A DNA stretch of 64,000 nt from an uncultured Gemmatimonadales bacterium. Its GTDB lineage: Bacteria; Gemmatimonadota; Gemmatimonadetes; Gemmatimonadales; GWC2-71-9. The DNA lies in the NCBI GenBank assembly GCA_963771275.1, contig CAVYSW010000003.1, positions 512,001-576,000 of the forward strand, written 5' to 3'. Shown piece by piece: positions 10,101 through 19,617 of the stretch. Positions within the stretch are counted from its first letter, which is position 1, and each line of letters starts with the position of its first letter. The position numbers and the translations under genes were made by a program. The notes beneath the pieces were generated by a model that saw only the letters and a list, made by a program, of their open reading frames with translations, did not search any database and was not told the origin of the DNA.

Positions 10101-11459
10101 CCCGGTGAACGCGACGTTGCGCCACGGCCCGTCGAGCACGCCGGCCCCCTCGACGTCGCCGCGCAGCTCCACGGACGGCGCGATGACGCGCACCGTGGCA
10201 AGTGCCACACGCGCGAACTCCACCTGGAACTTCCGGAACACGATGTCCCCGGGAACCCCGAACGCGATCACGCCGCCCCCACGGATCCGGGTCTCGGCCG
10301 AATCCGCGCGCCGGTCGTGGAACACCCAGTCGATCTGCTGTCGCACCGCGCTCCGCGATCCGTCCATCTGGGTTCGCCCGGTGACCCGCCCGTCGACGGG
10401 CACCGTGTCCAGCAGCCCGCGCAGGTACGCCACGTCGAAGTCCCGGGTGGTCACGTCCAGCCGCTCGGTCGCCCAATCCTGGCCCGGGCCCACCCGGGCA
10501 CCGAACGACCCGCGGATGCCGCCGCCGTTCTCGGCCGTCAGGTCGAGCCGTTCACCGCGGACGCGCAGCACGCTGTCCGTTTCGGACCGCACCGTGAGGG
10601 CACCGCTCCCGCTCAGCCCGGGAACAAGCCAGGCGAACAGGCCGGTGAGGTCGTCCGACGCAAACGCGTCGGCGCGGAACGCCAGGTCCACCCGCGGACC
10701 CGCGGCCAGATCCCACATGCGGCCGCGCATGGTGGATCGCGTCCCCGGCAGCTCCGCCCGATCGAGATCGAACACGATCGTGTCACCGATGACTTGCGCG
10801 CTGCCGTTCGCGTCGCGAATGTCGAGCGGCGGCTCGGAGACAAGTGCCGTGAGCGCCGTTACGTCGAGCCGGATCCCCCGTTCAGCGGGGAGTGGGGAGC
10901 TGAGGCGGACGTACGGCAGCAGCGCGCGCGGCACCTCGATGATGCGCTGGTGCAGGACCGCGCTGTCGGCCCGGGGCGTGCGGATCAGCACGCGGAGGCT
11001 GTCCACCGTGACGTTGCGGAACGCCACCAGGGGGCTGGGCCCTCCGCCCCCCCCACCCTTCCCCAACCGGAGTACCTGCTGGTAGTTGAACGGTTCGCCG
11101 GGGAGGCGCTCCAGCGTGACGAGCGCGCCGGACAGGCTGAGCTCCCCGAGCACGATCCGGCGGGAGAGGAAATCGCGCAGCCGGTAGCGGACCTGCAGAC
11201 GGGCAATGTCGATGAAGGGGCGCCCGGCCTCGTCCGCCACGTGCACGCCGAACGCCACGAGCCCGTCGTACACCCCGCCGCTGGTGGAGTCCACCACCAC
11301 GCTTCCGTGCACCGCGCGATTCGCGATGCGCAGCACCGTTCCCACGACGACGTCCCGCCCCGCTTCCGTCCCGAGTCCGGCGCCCGCGAGGCCCACCACG
11401 ATCCCCCCGAGGCCGGCGAGCCCCAGCGCCACCCCGCGGACGACCCGCGCGCCTGTCAA
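7152..11459 (-). CDS. tamB: Translocation/assembly module TamB-like protein
   Basis: 1435 aa; N-terminal TM anchor, long beta-strand repeats, C-terminal DUF490-like region (LSSDVQPPL..EVLSYLVLG); directly downstream of an Omp85 gene. Confidence 0.8.
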   Translation of the reverse strand: MTGARVVRGVALGLAGLGGIVVGLAGAGLGTEAGRDVVVGTVLRIANRAVHGSVVVDSTSGGVYDGLVAFGVHVADEAGRPFIDIARLQVRYRLRDFLSRRIVLGELSLSGALVTLERLPGEPFNYQQVLRLGKGGGGGGPSPLVAFRNVTVDSLRVLIRTPRADSAVLHQRIIEVPRALLPYVRLSSPLPAERGIRLDVTALTALVSEPPLDIRDANGSAQVIGDTIVFDLDRAELPGTRSTMRGRMWDLAAGPRVDLAFRADAFASDDLTGLFAWLVPGLSGSGALTVRSETDSVLRVRGERLDLTAENGGGIRGSFGARVGPGQDWATERLDVTTRDFDVAYLRGLLDTVPVDGRVTGRTQMDGSRSAVRQQIDWVFHDRRADSAETRIRGGGVIAFGVPGDIVFRKFQVEFARVALATVRVIAPSVELRGDVEGAGVLDGPWRNVAFTGLLAHIDGDLPVSHADGTIRLDTRRDTVGVWGSLRFDSLQYDGVRPSYPQVPLAGAMAGEVRLAGYLDALSLDLDLAGPTGALRGGGTVVLVASRLGAHDLDVRFRGLTLEPLERRLHGTALNGTLTGNVEVDSLAPPVMDLRLVLGPSLLGDARLDTLRAHVRVRDSVLLADTLELRTRGVTFAGRGGLGLDASRSDSLPLQVQVDSLGSLAPLLLQLAGRDTAALAGDTLRGTVRGRVTLSGSLDRLSAAWSLEGPRLIWNAFRLRGARSVGRFDAGGRGAIAAQVNVDSAFVGERGFADLVAAVVGRADSLNWIVLGGVGEAAAVRAGGTWFARAGDFVVRFDSLALAAATDRWRLEPGATATVGDSAIALTGMTLTTLDGRSRVAFRGAVPRTGPATLEGSLEALPLPDVAALLQRDTGAVAGELSGTFRIGGTAAAPQIDGSFSMRDAVFSEFRTPLVQGTVRYGSRQLTGTLESWRAGARIMTVELDLPIDLGFRAVERRRLPGPITVRGRADGVDLSLLSAITPMVRRTEGRLWVDLGIAGTWEAPRLTGSAEIRDGAATFPALGVRHQQIFGRLVLSGDTIRVDTLSAVSGEGTAAVRGTVQLAGLTRPILDLSIAADNFRALDIRDFLALTTSGAVKLTGPVYGAVLTGAGTLPRGVVHFADIVEKQIVNLEDTLGVLDSATAALIRQQGLGPSFESRFLDSLRIAGLVLTMGNDVHLRSNEADIFLTGQVTVNKVRDQYRIDGTLRTPRGTYQLFLPGKRETFTVTRGEVRYFGTPDFNAAIDIDARHQLRGTRGEVVQVYVHLGGTILVPQLKLSSDVQPPLTDAEVLSYLVLGAPSAAAASGEAGRYGLESLTSLSSQITGSLGGQLIADLGIPLDFLEVRPQFGARGLEATEIAFGRQIGDRWFLTVSPRLCRKQAFTLQNVGGTLEFRVAQHWSLLASADPVRICSLSGTGSFGTQLQLGIDVQWERRF

Positions 11460-13576
11460 AACGCCTGCCCCACGGAGAAATGCAGCTGCAGCCGCCTGAA
11501 GAACGATCGGGCGGCCGGAGGGGCGTACGAGGAGTCAATGAGCACGAGCAGAGAGCCCACCTCCCGGTACAGCGGGCCGGGCTCCGGTCCGTAGCCATTG
11601 TAGCCGAGGTCGAGCCGGATCGGACCGATGCCGGTGTTGAAGCGCAGCCCGACCCCCGGCGTGATCCGCAGCCCCCGGTACTTAAGCACCTCGTCGCCGC
11701 GCACGAACACCTGTCCCGCGTCGACGAACATCGCACCTTCAAGGCGATTGGCGAGCCCGGGCAGCGGGAAGCGGAGCTCGGCATTGGCGAACAGGAGATC
11801 GTTTCCGCCGGACGCCGATGTCACCGTATCCGGCGTCATGCTCACCGAATCGGTTCGGATCACCCGCACCTGGGGGCCGAGCCGGTTCTGCCCGTAGCCG
11901 CGCACGCTGCTGGGCCCGCCGCCGTAAAACCGCTCTTCAGGCGGCACGTACCGGAGGTTCTGCCCGCCGGCCGCCAGCGTGGCCGGCACGATGGTGCCCG
12001 CCTGGAGCCGCCAGGCGAGCACGCCGCTCCGGCCGACCCGGAGGTACATCGCCCACTGGGCCTGCAGGCGGGTGAACTGCGCGAGCGAATCGGAGCCGAT
12101 GAGCGGGGACGCCCACTTGAGCTCCAACGACGCCAGGTTGCCGCGCGTCGGGTTGAGCACTGAGTTCTGGCGGTTCCGTACCGCGACCAGGCTCAGCGCG
12201 GACTGCACCAGCGGCTCCTGGAATACGGCGATGTCCTCGGCGTTGCACACGTTCAGGAAGACGCAGAACGACGCCGGCTCCGCCTTCGTATTGCCACGCT
12301 CCAGACTGTAGGACAGCGTCACGGGCAGGCCCGACGCGGCGCGATAGGTCAGCGCCAGGTCTCCACCAACCGCCTCCCGCACGTAGGCCAGCAGCTCGCT
12401 CCGCCGCTCGCCCGTGAACGTGAGGGTCGCACTCGTCCCGTGCAGCAGCACCATCGGCTGCGTGAGGCTCGCGGTCACGTTGTAGTTCAGCGCCAGCCGG
12501 CTGCTGTCCGTCTCGGCGTCGAGACCCCGGCAGACGTTGTTCTGCAGCCCCCAGGAAAACGGGGCGCCCGTTCCGATCTTCGACAGCCGGGCCGATACAT
12601 CCAGCACGCGCGCACCACCGAGAAAATGATGCGCGGTCAGCGCGCCGAGGACGCGGAAACAGTCGAGCGTGCCGTACCCACCGCCCAGCCGCACGCGGTG
12701 CAGCGGTCCCTCACGCACACGCACCTGCACCGCGACGAGGGAATCGGCGGGGCCTTCGGCGATCGAATCCGCCAGTCGCACGTCGACGTAGTCGAACGCG
12801 CCGGTCCGGTAGAGGTCGGCTTGGGCCGCGTACAGGTCCGCGCGACGGTAGGCGTTCCCGGGGCGGATGGGGATGAGGCCGCGAATGACCGACGCCGAAA
12901 TCCGGCCGGCACCGACCACGTCCACCTGCGACACCCGCGCGTGCGGCCCCGGATCGACGTCGAACGTCACCTGCGCGGTGCGCTTCTCGCGGTCCACCTC
13001 GAAGCCGCGGAACACCTGCGCGAACGGGTAGCCGCGGTTCTCCAGCGCCGAGAGAATCGTGTCCGTGGATGCGCGCAGCCGCAGCCGATTGAACGGATCA
13101 CCGACGGCGAGCGGCAGGTCGGCCAGCAGGCCGTGCTCCGGGACAATCCCCTCGGCGCCCGCGAGCGAGAGCTGCGTGATCCTGACGGGCGGTCCCTCGT
13201 CGATCAGGAACCGGATCCTGACCCTGGTGCTGTCGCGGCGCACGACGGTATCGACGCGCGCTTCGAGGAAGCCGCTTTGCGAGTACAGCAAGTGGAGCCG
13301 CGCGACATCCCGGCGAAACTCGCGCTCATCGAAGTAGCGGCGCTCGCCGAGCCCGAGCCACGACAGGTTGCGCGCCCACCAGCTCGAGTTCGACGTCGCG
13401 ATCGAGATGCCGAGCGTGTAGTCGTCGATCGCGTGGTTGCCCTCGAAGCTGAGCCCCATGACCTGGAGCCTGCCCGGGAGGCTGTCCTGCGCGCGCAGCG
13501 TCCGGCCGGCGAGCAGCCACCCGGTGCAGCACAGCAGCATGAGCGCGACGGTGCGAATACCAACTCCTCTCGGCAC
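11456..13576 (-). CDS. tamA: Omp85-family outer-membrane protein (TamA/BamA-like) with POTRA domains
   Basis: Signal peptide, POTRA-like repeats, RFYGGGPSSVRGY, GPIRLD, C-terminal FSVGQAF. Start uncertain (13636 TTG, 13576 GTG, 13558 ATT or 13540 ATG). Confidence 0.85.
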   Translation of the reverse strand: MPRGVGIRTVALMLLCCTGWLLAGRTLRAQDSLPGRLQVMGLSFEGNHAIDDYTLGISIATSNSSWWARNLSWLGLGERRYFDEREFRRDVARLHLLYSQSGFLEARVDTVVRRDSTRVRIRFLIDEGPPVRITQLSLAGAEGIVPEHGLLADLPLAVGDPFNRLRLRASTDTILSALENRGYPFAQVFRGFEVDREKRTAQVTFDVDPGPHARVSQVDVVGAGRISASVIRGLIPIRPGNAYRRADLYAAQADLYRTGAFDYVDVRLADSIAEGPADSLVAVQVRVREGPLHRVRLGGGYGTLDCFRVLGALTAHHFLGGARVLDVSARLSKIGTGAPFSWGLQNNVCRGLDAETDSSRLALNYNVTASLTQPMVLLHGTSATLTFTGERRSELLAYVREAVGGDLALTYRAASGLPVTLSYSLERGNTKAEPASFCVFLNVCNAEDIAVFQEPLVQSALSLVAVRNRQNSVLNPTRGNLASLELKWASPLIGSDSLAQFTRLQAQWAMYLRVGRSGVLAWRLQAGTIVPATLAAGGQNLRYVPPEERFYGGGPSSVRGYGQNRLGPQVRVIRTDSVSMTPDTVTSASGGNDLLFANAELRFPLPGLANRLEGAMFVDAGQVFVRGDEVLKYRGLRITPGVGLRFNTGIGPIRLDLGYNGYGPEPGPLYREVGSLLVLIDSSYAPPAARSFFRRLQLHFSVGQAF

Positions 13577-13624
13577 GCGAGGGGCCCGCGCGCCGGGCGC
13601 CGGGGCGGCTTGACGGAATGCGGA

Positions 13625-13649
13625 TAACCTCTTCAAGTTCAGCAGGTTA
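13625..13649. promoter_or_regulatory. 25-bp dyad TAACCT-N13-AGGTTA in the divergent tamA/dacB region
   Basis: Perfect 6-bp inverted repeat with the same spacing as the dyads at 19309, 19362 and 62815. Confidence 0.45.
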
Positions 13650-13700
13650 CGTTATCGTGTCAACTTGCGGTGCGGCCCGAGGGCCGCCCGTTGCCGGAGG

Positions 13701-15179
13701 ATGCGCGTGTACCGATCCCTCGTGTGCCTCGTGCTCGCCCTGCAAGTCGCACCAGCTACGGCGCCGGCGCAGAGCCTGCAGCGCAGGCTCGACCGGCTGC
13801 TCGACGCCCCGCCGTTCGACCGCGCCGCTTGGGGGGTCATCGTCACCGACTCGACGGGACGCGTGCTCTACGCGCGCAACGCCGATCGCCTGTTCGTGCC
13901 CGCGTCGAACACGAAGCTCGTCGTGACCGCCGCCGCGAGCGCGCTCCTCCCGGAGAACGCCCGGATCGAGACCAGCGTGTACGGGACCGGCCCCGTCGAG
14001 CACGGCACCCTGCAGGGGGACCTCGTGGTGTACGGACGCGGCGACCCGACGTTTTCCACCCGTTGCTATGGCACCGACACGCTCGCCCTCGGCGCGTGCG
14101 AGGTTGCCTGGGACCGGCTCGACGCGATGGCCGACAGCATGCGCGCGCGTGGCATCCGGCACGTCGCCGGCTCCCTCGTCGGCGACGGCAGCTATTTCAG
14201 CGGACCGCTGTTCCAGGCCGACTGGAACGCATACGACCTCAACTGGTGGTACGCCGCGCCGGTGTCGGCCCTCGGATTCAACGATAACGCCGTCGACATC
14301 AGGTGGGGCCCCGGCCCGGCAGTCGGCGCGCCGGCAGCGGTCACGATCACTCCAGACGTCGGACTCGTGCGGTTCGAGAACCGCACGAGCACCGCGGATT
14401 CCGCGGCCCGGACGACCGTGGACTTCTACCGGACGCCGGGCACCTGGGACGTGTGGGCCGATGGCGTCGTGGCGGCGAACCGGGCCCCGACCACGGAGTA
14501 CTTCGCACTCCCCGACCCCAACCTGTTCTTCGCCGCGGCGTTGCGCGCGGCCTTGGCGCGCCACGGGGTGAGCATTGCGGGCCCCACCCTCGCCACCACC
14601 GACAGCCTCCAGTATCGCGCCGCGCGTGCAACGGCGGCGCTCGTCACGTACGCGGGGCGCCCACGCGACGACATCCTGTTTCCGATCCTCAACACCAGCC
14701 AGAACTGGTTCGCCGAAATGCTGCTCAAGACGCTCGGCCGGCGCGTGGCCGGCACGGGATCCTGGACGGCCGGCCTGGAAGTGGAACGGCGATTCCTGGT
14801 GGACTCGGTGCGCGCGGACTCAGCCGGGTTCAGCCTGAGCGATGGGTCCGGGCTGTCCACCGGGAATCTCGTCGCCCCCCGCACCTTCGCCATGCTGCTG
14901 CGCTACATGTGGTCCCACCCGTCGCGGGCGGGCTTTCTCCGCGCGCTGCCGCGCTCCGGTCAGCCCGGCTCGCTCCGGACCCGCTTCGTCGCAACGCCGC
15001 TCGAGGGACGCGTGGTCGCCAAGACCGGGAGCATCGCGCACGTGAACTCGCTGTCCGGCTACATCGAGCGGCCCGCCCGCGGGCCACTGGTGTTCTCCGT
15101 AATGGTGAACAACCACACGGTGGGGGGACGGCGGGTGCTGCAGCAGATCGACTCGGTCGTGGTGCAGATGGCGCGCTAG
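13701..15179 (+). CDS. dacB: D-Ala-D-Ala carboxypeptidase/endopeptidase (PBP4, S13 family)
   Basis: PASNTK (SxxK), SQN (SxN), KTG, GDP, DGSGLS; signal peptide; GGAGG directly before ATG 13701. Confidence 0.93.
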   Translation: MRVYRSLVCLVLALQVAPATAPAQSLQRRLDRLLDAPPFDRAAWGVIVTDSTGRVLYARNADRLFVPASNTKLVVTAAASALLPENARIETSVYGTGPVEHGTLQGDLVVYGRGDPTFSTRCYGTDTLALGACEVAWDRLDAMADSMRARGIRHVAGSLVGDGSYFSGPLFQADWNAYDLNWWYAAPVSALGFNDNAVDIRWGPGPAVGAPAAVTITPDVGLVRFENRTSTADSAARTTVDFYRTPGTWDVWADGVVAANRAPTTEYFALPDPNLFFAAALRAALARHGVSIAGPTLATTDSLQYRAARATAALVTYAGRPRDDILFPILNTSQNWFAEMLLKTLGRRVAGTGSWTAGLEVERRFLVDSVRADSAGFSLSDGSGLSTGNLVAPRTFAMLLRYMWSHPSRAGFLRALPRSGQPGSLRTRFVATPLEGRVVAKTGSIAHVNSLSGYIERPARGPLVFSVMVNNHTVGGRRVLQQIDSVVVQMAR

Positions 15180-16570
15180 CGGGCCTGCTTCCCCGCCAGC
15201 ACGCCGAGCATCTCCTCCACGCTGGTGCACTTCACGCGCGGCCGCCGCGCAGCCTTGCCCCGGGCGACCTCCTGTTCATCGACGCGCAGCCAGTCCGGAT
15301 AGGTCACGCAGTCCGGCTGGCGCGAGCGCACCAGCATCTCGGCGAGCGCGGGATCCGGACGGTCGGGCTCGAGCATCACCCCCCGCTCGACGTCCGCCAA
15401 CAGCGCCTCCACGGTTTCGACGGCGCAGGGCTTGTTGGTGCCGATCACGCCGGACGGACCGCGCTTGATCCAGCCCGTGACGTACATCCCGGGGAGCGGC
15501 TGCCCGTCCCGCACCACCCGCCCCTGCTCGTTCGGCACGATGCCCCGCGGCTCGTCGAACGGGAGCCCGGGAAGGGCGATGCCGCGATATCCCACCGACC
15601 GGAACACGAGATCGACCGGCAGCTCCTCGGTGTGCTCGGTCGCCACGGCCCGCGCTCCGCCCCGGCCATCGTCCTCGAGCCGGTTGCGGACGAGACGCAG
15701 GCCGGACACCCCTCCCGCCGCGTCCCCCAGCAACGCCACCGGCGAGAGCAGGAACCGCAGCGTCAGCAACTTCGGCGCGGTGCCCCTCGGCCGCCGGGAG
15801 AACTCCTCGAGAATCTCGACCTTCTTCGCCAGCGCACGGTCGGCGGCGGCCGCGAGGTGCGCCCGGCTCAGCGGATCCAGAGCGACCTCCTCGGGAGACA
15901 CCGTGACATCCGCGCCGGCCAGCTCCCCCAGCTCCCGGACCTCCGGCGTCGTGAAGGCCGCCTGGACCGGACCGCGCCGGCCGATCAGATACACCTCGCG
16001 AATGTCGCTCCGTGCCAGCGCGTCCTGGGCGTAGGGCGTGATATCGGTACCCGCGAGCTCCTCGGGCGTACGGCAGAGGATCCGGGCCACGTCCACCGCG
16101 ACATTGCCGACGCCGATCACGGCGACGCGCTTCCCCGAGAGGTCGAACTCCCGGTCGCGGAAGTCGGGGTGGCCGTTGTACCAGGCCACGAACTCGGTGG
16201 CGGGGTGGCTGCGGGCGAGATCCTCACCCGGCACGCCGAGACGCCGGTCGGTCTGCGCCCCGGTGGCGAAGCACACGGCGTGATAGTGGCGCGCGAGGTC
16301 GTCGAGCTGCACGTGCACGCCGACATCGACGTTCCCGAAGAAGCGGAAGCCGGGCTTCCGCGCGACCTTGTCGAACGAGCGGATCACGCTCTTGATCTTC
16401 TGGTGATCGGGCGCGACCCCGAAGCGCACCAGCCCGAACGGCGCGGGCAGGCGCTCGAACATGTCGACGGAAACGTCGAGACCGGACCGCCCGAGCAGGG
16501 ACTCGGCGGCGAAGAAGGCGGCGGGGCCCGACCCGACGATGGCGACACGCAGTGGACGTGGACCGGCCAT
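15176..16570 (-). CDS. Ferredoxin/flavodoxin--NADP+ reductase (FprA/adrenodoxin reductase type)
   Basis: GSGPA, GLVRFGVAPDH, WYNGHP, GVGNVAVD, GRRGP, GWIKRGPSGVIGTNK. Confidence 0.92.
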   Translation of the reverse strand: MAGPRPLRVAIVGSGPAAFFAAESLLGRSGLDVSVDMFERLPAPFGLVRFGVAPDHQKIKSVIRSFDKVARKPGFRFFGNVDVGVHVQLDDLARHYHAVCFATGAQTDRRLGVPGEDLARSHPATEFVAWYNGHPDFRDREFDLSGKRVAVIGVGNVAVDVARILCRTPEELAGTDITPYAQDALARSDIREVYLIGRRGPVQAAFTTPEVRELGELAGADVTVSPEEVALDPLSRAHLAAAADRALAKKVEILEEFSRRPRGTAPKLLTLRFLLSPVALLGDAAGGVSGLRLVRNRLEDDGRGGARAVATEHTEELPVDLVFRSVGYRGIALPGLPFDEPRGIVPNEQGRVVRDGQPLPGMYVTGWIKRGPSGVIGTNKPCAVETVEALLADVERGVMLEPDRPDPALAEMLVRSRQPDCVTYPDWLRVDEQEVARGKAARRPRVKCTSVEEMLGVLAGKQAR

Positions 16571-16732
16571 GATGCTCACCGATGGAGAATCCCAGGACCG
16601 AAGATCGACGGACGGACCGGCGGAGGGAAGACGCGCGGACTGCTATGTCGGCCTGTCCGCATGCGGCGCGTGCGCCGCGCGCGCCGGGCGTCCTTCCGCG
16701 TTCACACCGGCCGGCCTACCTTCTACGGTCCG

Positions 16733-17278
16733 ATGAAGATCTACACCAAGACCGGGGACGGGGGCGAGACGTCGCTGTTCGGCGGCGGGCGTGTGCCGAA
16801 GAACGACCCGCGCGTCGCCGCGTACGGCGACGTGGACGAGCTCAACTCCGCAGTCGGCCTGGCGCTGGCAACCGAGCCGCGCGACCTCGAGTTCGAGCTG
16901 CTCGAGCAGATCCAGCGGGACCTCTTCGCCATCGGCGGCCAGCTCGCGACTCGCGATCCCGACAAGGTCGCCAGGGCGCTGGCCAAGGCGCAGATCGACG
17001 GGCGCCGGATCACGGCGATGGAGGCGGCGATCGACCGCGCCGACGCGGTGTTGCCGCCGCTCGCCGCCTTCGTGCTGCCGGGCGGGACGCCCAAGGCGGC
17101 GGCGCTGCACGTCGCCCGAACCGTCTGCCGCCGCGCCGAACGCAGCATCGTGGCGCTGCGTGACCGGGAACCCGTCCCGCCGGTCGTGCTCGTGTACCTC
17201 AACCGGCTGTCGGACCTGCTGTTCGCTCTGGCCCGCCTCGCGAATCAGCGGGCCGGCGTGCCCGATCGGACCTGGTGA
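16733..17278 (+). CDS. pduO: Cob(I)yrinic acid a,c-diamide adenosyltransferase (PduO type)
   Basis: MKIYTKTGDGGET, YGDVDELNS, ARTVCRRAER, YLNRLSDLLF. Confidence 0.93.
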   Translation: MKIYTKTGDGGETSLFGGGRVPKNDPRVAAYGDVDELNSAVGLALATEPRDLEFELLEQIQRDLFAIGGQLATRDPDKVARALAKAQIDGRRITAMEAAIDRADAVLPPLAAFVLPGGTPKAAALHVARTVCRRAERSIVALRDREPVPPVVLVYLNRLSDLLFALARLANQRAGVPDRTW

Positions 17279-17279
17279 G

Positions 17280-18197
17280 ATGCGACGGTATCGGTTCTAC
17301 CAGCTCGACGTCTTCACCGACACGCCACTGCGCGGTAACCCGCTGGCGGTGTTCCCCGATCCGCAGGGGCTCGACGCACCGACGATGCAGGCGCTCGCCC
17401 GCGAGATGAACCTGTCGGAGACGACGTTCGTGTTCCCGTCGGCGGTCGCCACCCGGCAGGTGCGGTTCTTCACGCCGGCGGCGGAGATCCCGCTGGCCGG
17501 CCATCCCACGATTGGCACGTGGTGGCTGCTGGCCGAGCTCGGCTCGCTGCCCGGGCTGCCCCGCGACGGGCTGACGCGGCTGACCCAGGAGACGGGGCGC
17601 GGCGTGCTGCCCGTCGACCTCACGCTCGCCGGCGGGCGGCCGACGGCGGTGACGATGACCCAGGCGTTGCCGGAGTTCGGCGCCACGATCGCGGATCTCG
17701 ACGCGCTGGGGGCCGCGCTCGGCGCCGATCGCCGGGCGATCGCCGACCAGCCGACCCCGGAAGTCGTCTCGACCGCGCTGCCGCAGCTGATGGTCCCGCT
17801 CCGCTCGCGCGAGGCGCTGACGCGTCTGCCGAGCGGCGGAGCCGGCGCCGCGCTGGCGGACGTGCTGCGCCGGTTCGGCACCGACTGCGCCATGCTGTAC
17901 GTCCTCGTCGGAACCGGTGAGGTCACGGCGTATTGCCGCATGTTCGCCCCCGGTCTCGGCGTTCCCGAAGATCCGGCAACCGGCAGCGCGGCCGGCGCCC
18001 TGGGAGCGCACCTCGTGCGCCGCGGCGTGGTCCGGCCGGAGGGCGGGACCGCCGTGATGACGTTCGACCAGGGACTGGAGATCGGGCGCGCGAGTCGCAT
18101 CCGCGTCGCGGTTGTCGTGGACGCCACCGGCGCCATCACTGGCGTGCAGGTGGGCGGCGCCGCGGTTCGCGTGATCGAGGGCGACGTCACTTTCTGA
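17280..18197 (+). CDS. PhzF family isomerase/epimerase
   Basis: DVFT..PL.GNPLAV, EMNLSETTF, RFFTP..EIPLAGHPT, EDPATGSA. Confidence 0.92.
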   Translation: MRRYRFYQLDVFTDTPLRGNPLAVFPDPQGLDAPTMQALAREMNLSETTFVFPSAVATRQVRFFTPAAEIPLAGHPTIGTWWLLAELGSLPGLPRDGLTRLTQETGRGVLPVDLTLAGGRPTAVTMTQALPEFGATIADLDALGAALGADRRAIADQPTPEVVSTALPQLMVPLRSREALTRLPSGGAGAALADVLRRFGTDCAMLYVLVGTGEVTAYCRMFAPGLGVPEDPATGSAAGALGAHLVRRGVVRPEGGTAVMTFDQGLEIGRASRIRVAVVVDATGAITGVQVGGAAVRVIEGDVTF

Positions 18198-18231
18198 CGG
18201 AGAGCACGCCATCCCGACCCATCGCATCACG

Positions 18232-19305
18232 GTGCCGCTGGGAGCGGCGGCCTACGACATCCTGATCGGCGCCGACACGCTCGCGGCCCTGCCGGAGATC
18301 GTGGCGCGCGCGTGCCCGGCCCAGCGCTACGCCGTGATCGCCGATGCGACCGTCGCGCGACTGTACGGGGAGCGTGTCACCAACCTGCTCTCCGGACCGG
18401 CCCGCGCCGACTTGATCGCGTTCCCCGCCGGCGAGTGGAACAAGACCCGCGAGCAGTGGCATCAGGTGAGCGACGCGATGCTGGCGGCGGGGTGCGGCCG
18501 CGATGCCGCTGTGGTGGCCCTCGGAGGCGGCGTCACCGGCGACCTCGCGGGCTTCGTGGCGGCGACGTTCCTCCGGGGTGTGCCCTACGTGCAGCTGCCC
18601 ACCACGCTGCTCGCCATGATCGACAGCTCGATCGGCGGGAAGACCGGCGTCGATACCACATTCGGCAAGAACCTGATCGGGGCGTTTCACCAGCCGCGTG
18701 CCGTGATTGCGGACGTGACGACGCTGGCGTCGCTTCCCGCACCGCACGTCGCCGCCGGGATAGCGGAGGCCGTGAAGCACGGGGCGATCATGGACGCCGG
18801 CTATTTCGCCCGGCTGGGGACGCTGCGCGCGGCGGTACAGGCGGGGGACCGCGAGGCCCTCATCGAGACGATCGCGGGCAGCGTGGCGATCAAGGCCGAG
18901 CTGGTCGCGGAGGATGAGCGCGAGGGCGGGCGACGCGCGATCCTCAATTTCGGGCACACGGTGGCGCACGCCATCGAGGCCGTGACCGGGTTCGCCCTAC
19001 TGCACGGGGAAGCGGTCGCGATCGGCATGGCGATCGAGGCCGACCTCGGGACGCAGCTTGGCATCACCCAGCCTGGCGTCACCGAAACGGTGCGCGACGC
19101 GTTGGCGTCGTGGGGCCTCCCCACGCGACTGCCGGACGTCGCGGCCGACGATGTGCTCGCTGCCATGCAGTTCGACAAGAAGGTGAGGTCGGGGACTGTC
19201 AAGTTTGCATTGCTGCGCAGCGTCGGCGTGACCGCCCGCGGACCCGGCGGTGAATGGACGTTCGCGGCCCCGGACGAGGCCATCAGGGCCGCGCTGTGCG
19301 CGTGA
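18232..19305 (+). CDS. aroB: 3-dehydroquinate synthase
   Basis: GE..K, ALGGGVTGDLAGF, PTTLLAMIDSSIGGKT, KNLIGAFHQP, LNFGHT, HGEAVA, DKK. Confidence 0.95.
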   Translation: MPLGAAAYDILIGADTLAALPEIVARACPAQRYAVIADATVARLYGERVTNLLSGPARADLIAFPAGEWNKTREQWHQVSDAMLAAGCGRDAAVVALGGGVTGDLAGFVAATFLRGVPYVQLPTTLLAMIDSSIGGKTGVDTTFGKNLIGAFHQPRAVIADVTTLASLPAPHVAAGIAEAVKHGAIMDAGYFARLGTLRAAVQAGDREALIETIAGSVAIKAELVAEDEREGGRRAILNFGHTVAHAIEAVTGFALLHGEAVAIGMAIEADLGTQLGITQPGVTETVRDALASWGLPTRLPDVAADDVLAAMQFDKKVRSGTVKFALLRSVGVTARGPGGEWTFAAPDEAIRAALCA

Positions 19306-19308
19306 GTC

Positions 19309-19386
19309 GAAGTCGTTTCAGGAGAATGACTTCCCGCATTCGCAAACATTTCAACAGCGCGTAAGTCAATATTCTACAATCACTTG
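19309..19386. promoter_or_regulatory. Two 25-bp dyads upstream of the sigma factor gene (GAAGTC-N13-GACTTC and TAAGT-N15-ACTTG)
   Basis: 19309-19333 and 19362-19386 in an AT-rich intergenic region. Confidence 0.45.
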
Positions 19387-19491
19387 TCATCACGGCCGAC
19401 AACCGCATCGGGACCAGCTGACGCACTGGTGTCGAGAAACTGCAGAACAGGTTGTATCTGATGATTTTGTGATGTGGAAAATCGCTTCGTG

Positions 19492-19520
19492 TTGACGGTC
19501 CCCCCGGTTTTTCCTATATT
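19492..19520 (+). promoter_or_regulatory. Sigma-70-type promoter for the sigma factor gene
   Basis: TTGACG-17 nt-TATATT. Confidence 0.7.
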
Positions 19521-19617
19521 CGCGCCGCCTTTCACTCGGTCAATTTGGCGGGCTCGACGGCGAGCCCGCTCCCGTCAGCGGATTCACGGACGGACGGTCT
19601 CCATCGCAGGGGCGTGT

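Noticed and set aside
13577..13636. tamA start at TTG 13636
   Set aside because: It overlaps the AT-rich regulatory dyad and gives an overlong N-region before the signal peptide
16580..16732. Cobalamin riboswitch upstream of pduO
   Set aside because: GC hairpins are present but I found no B12 box or other conserved cobalamin elements
17280..19305. phzF next to aroB as a phenazine cluster
   Set aside because: No phzA/B/D/E/G; standalone PhzF homologs are widespread
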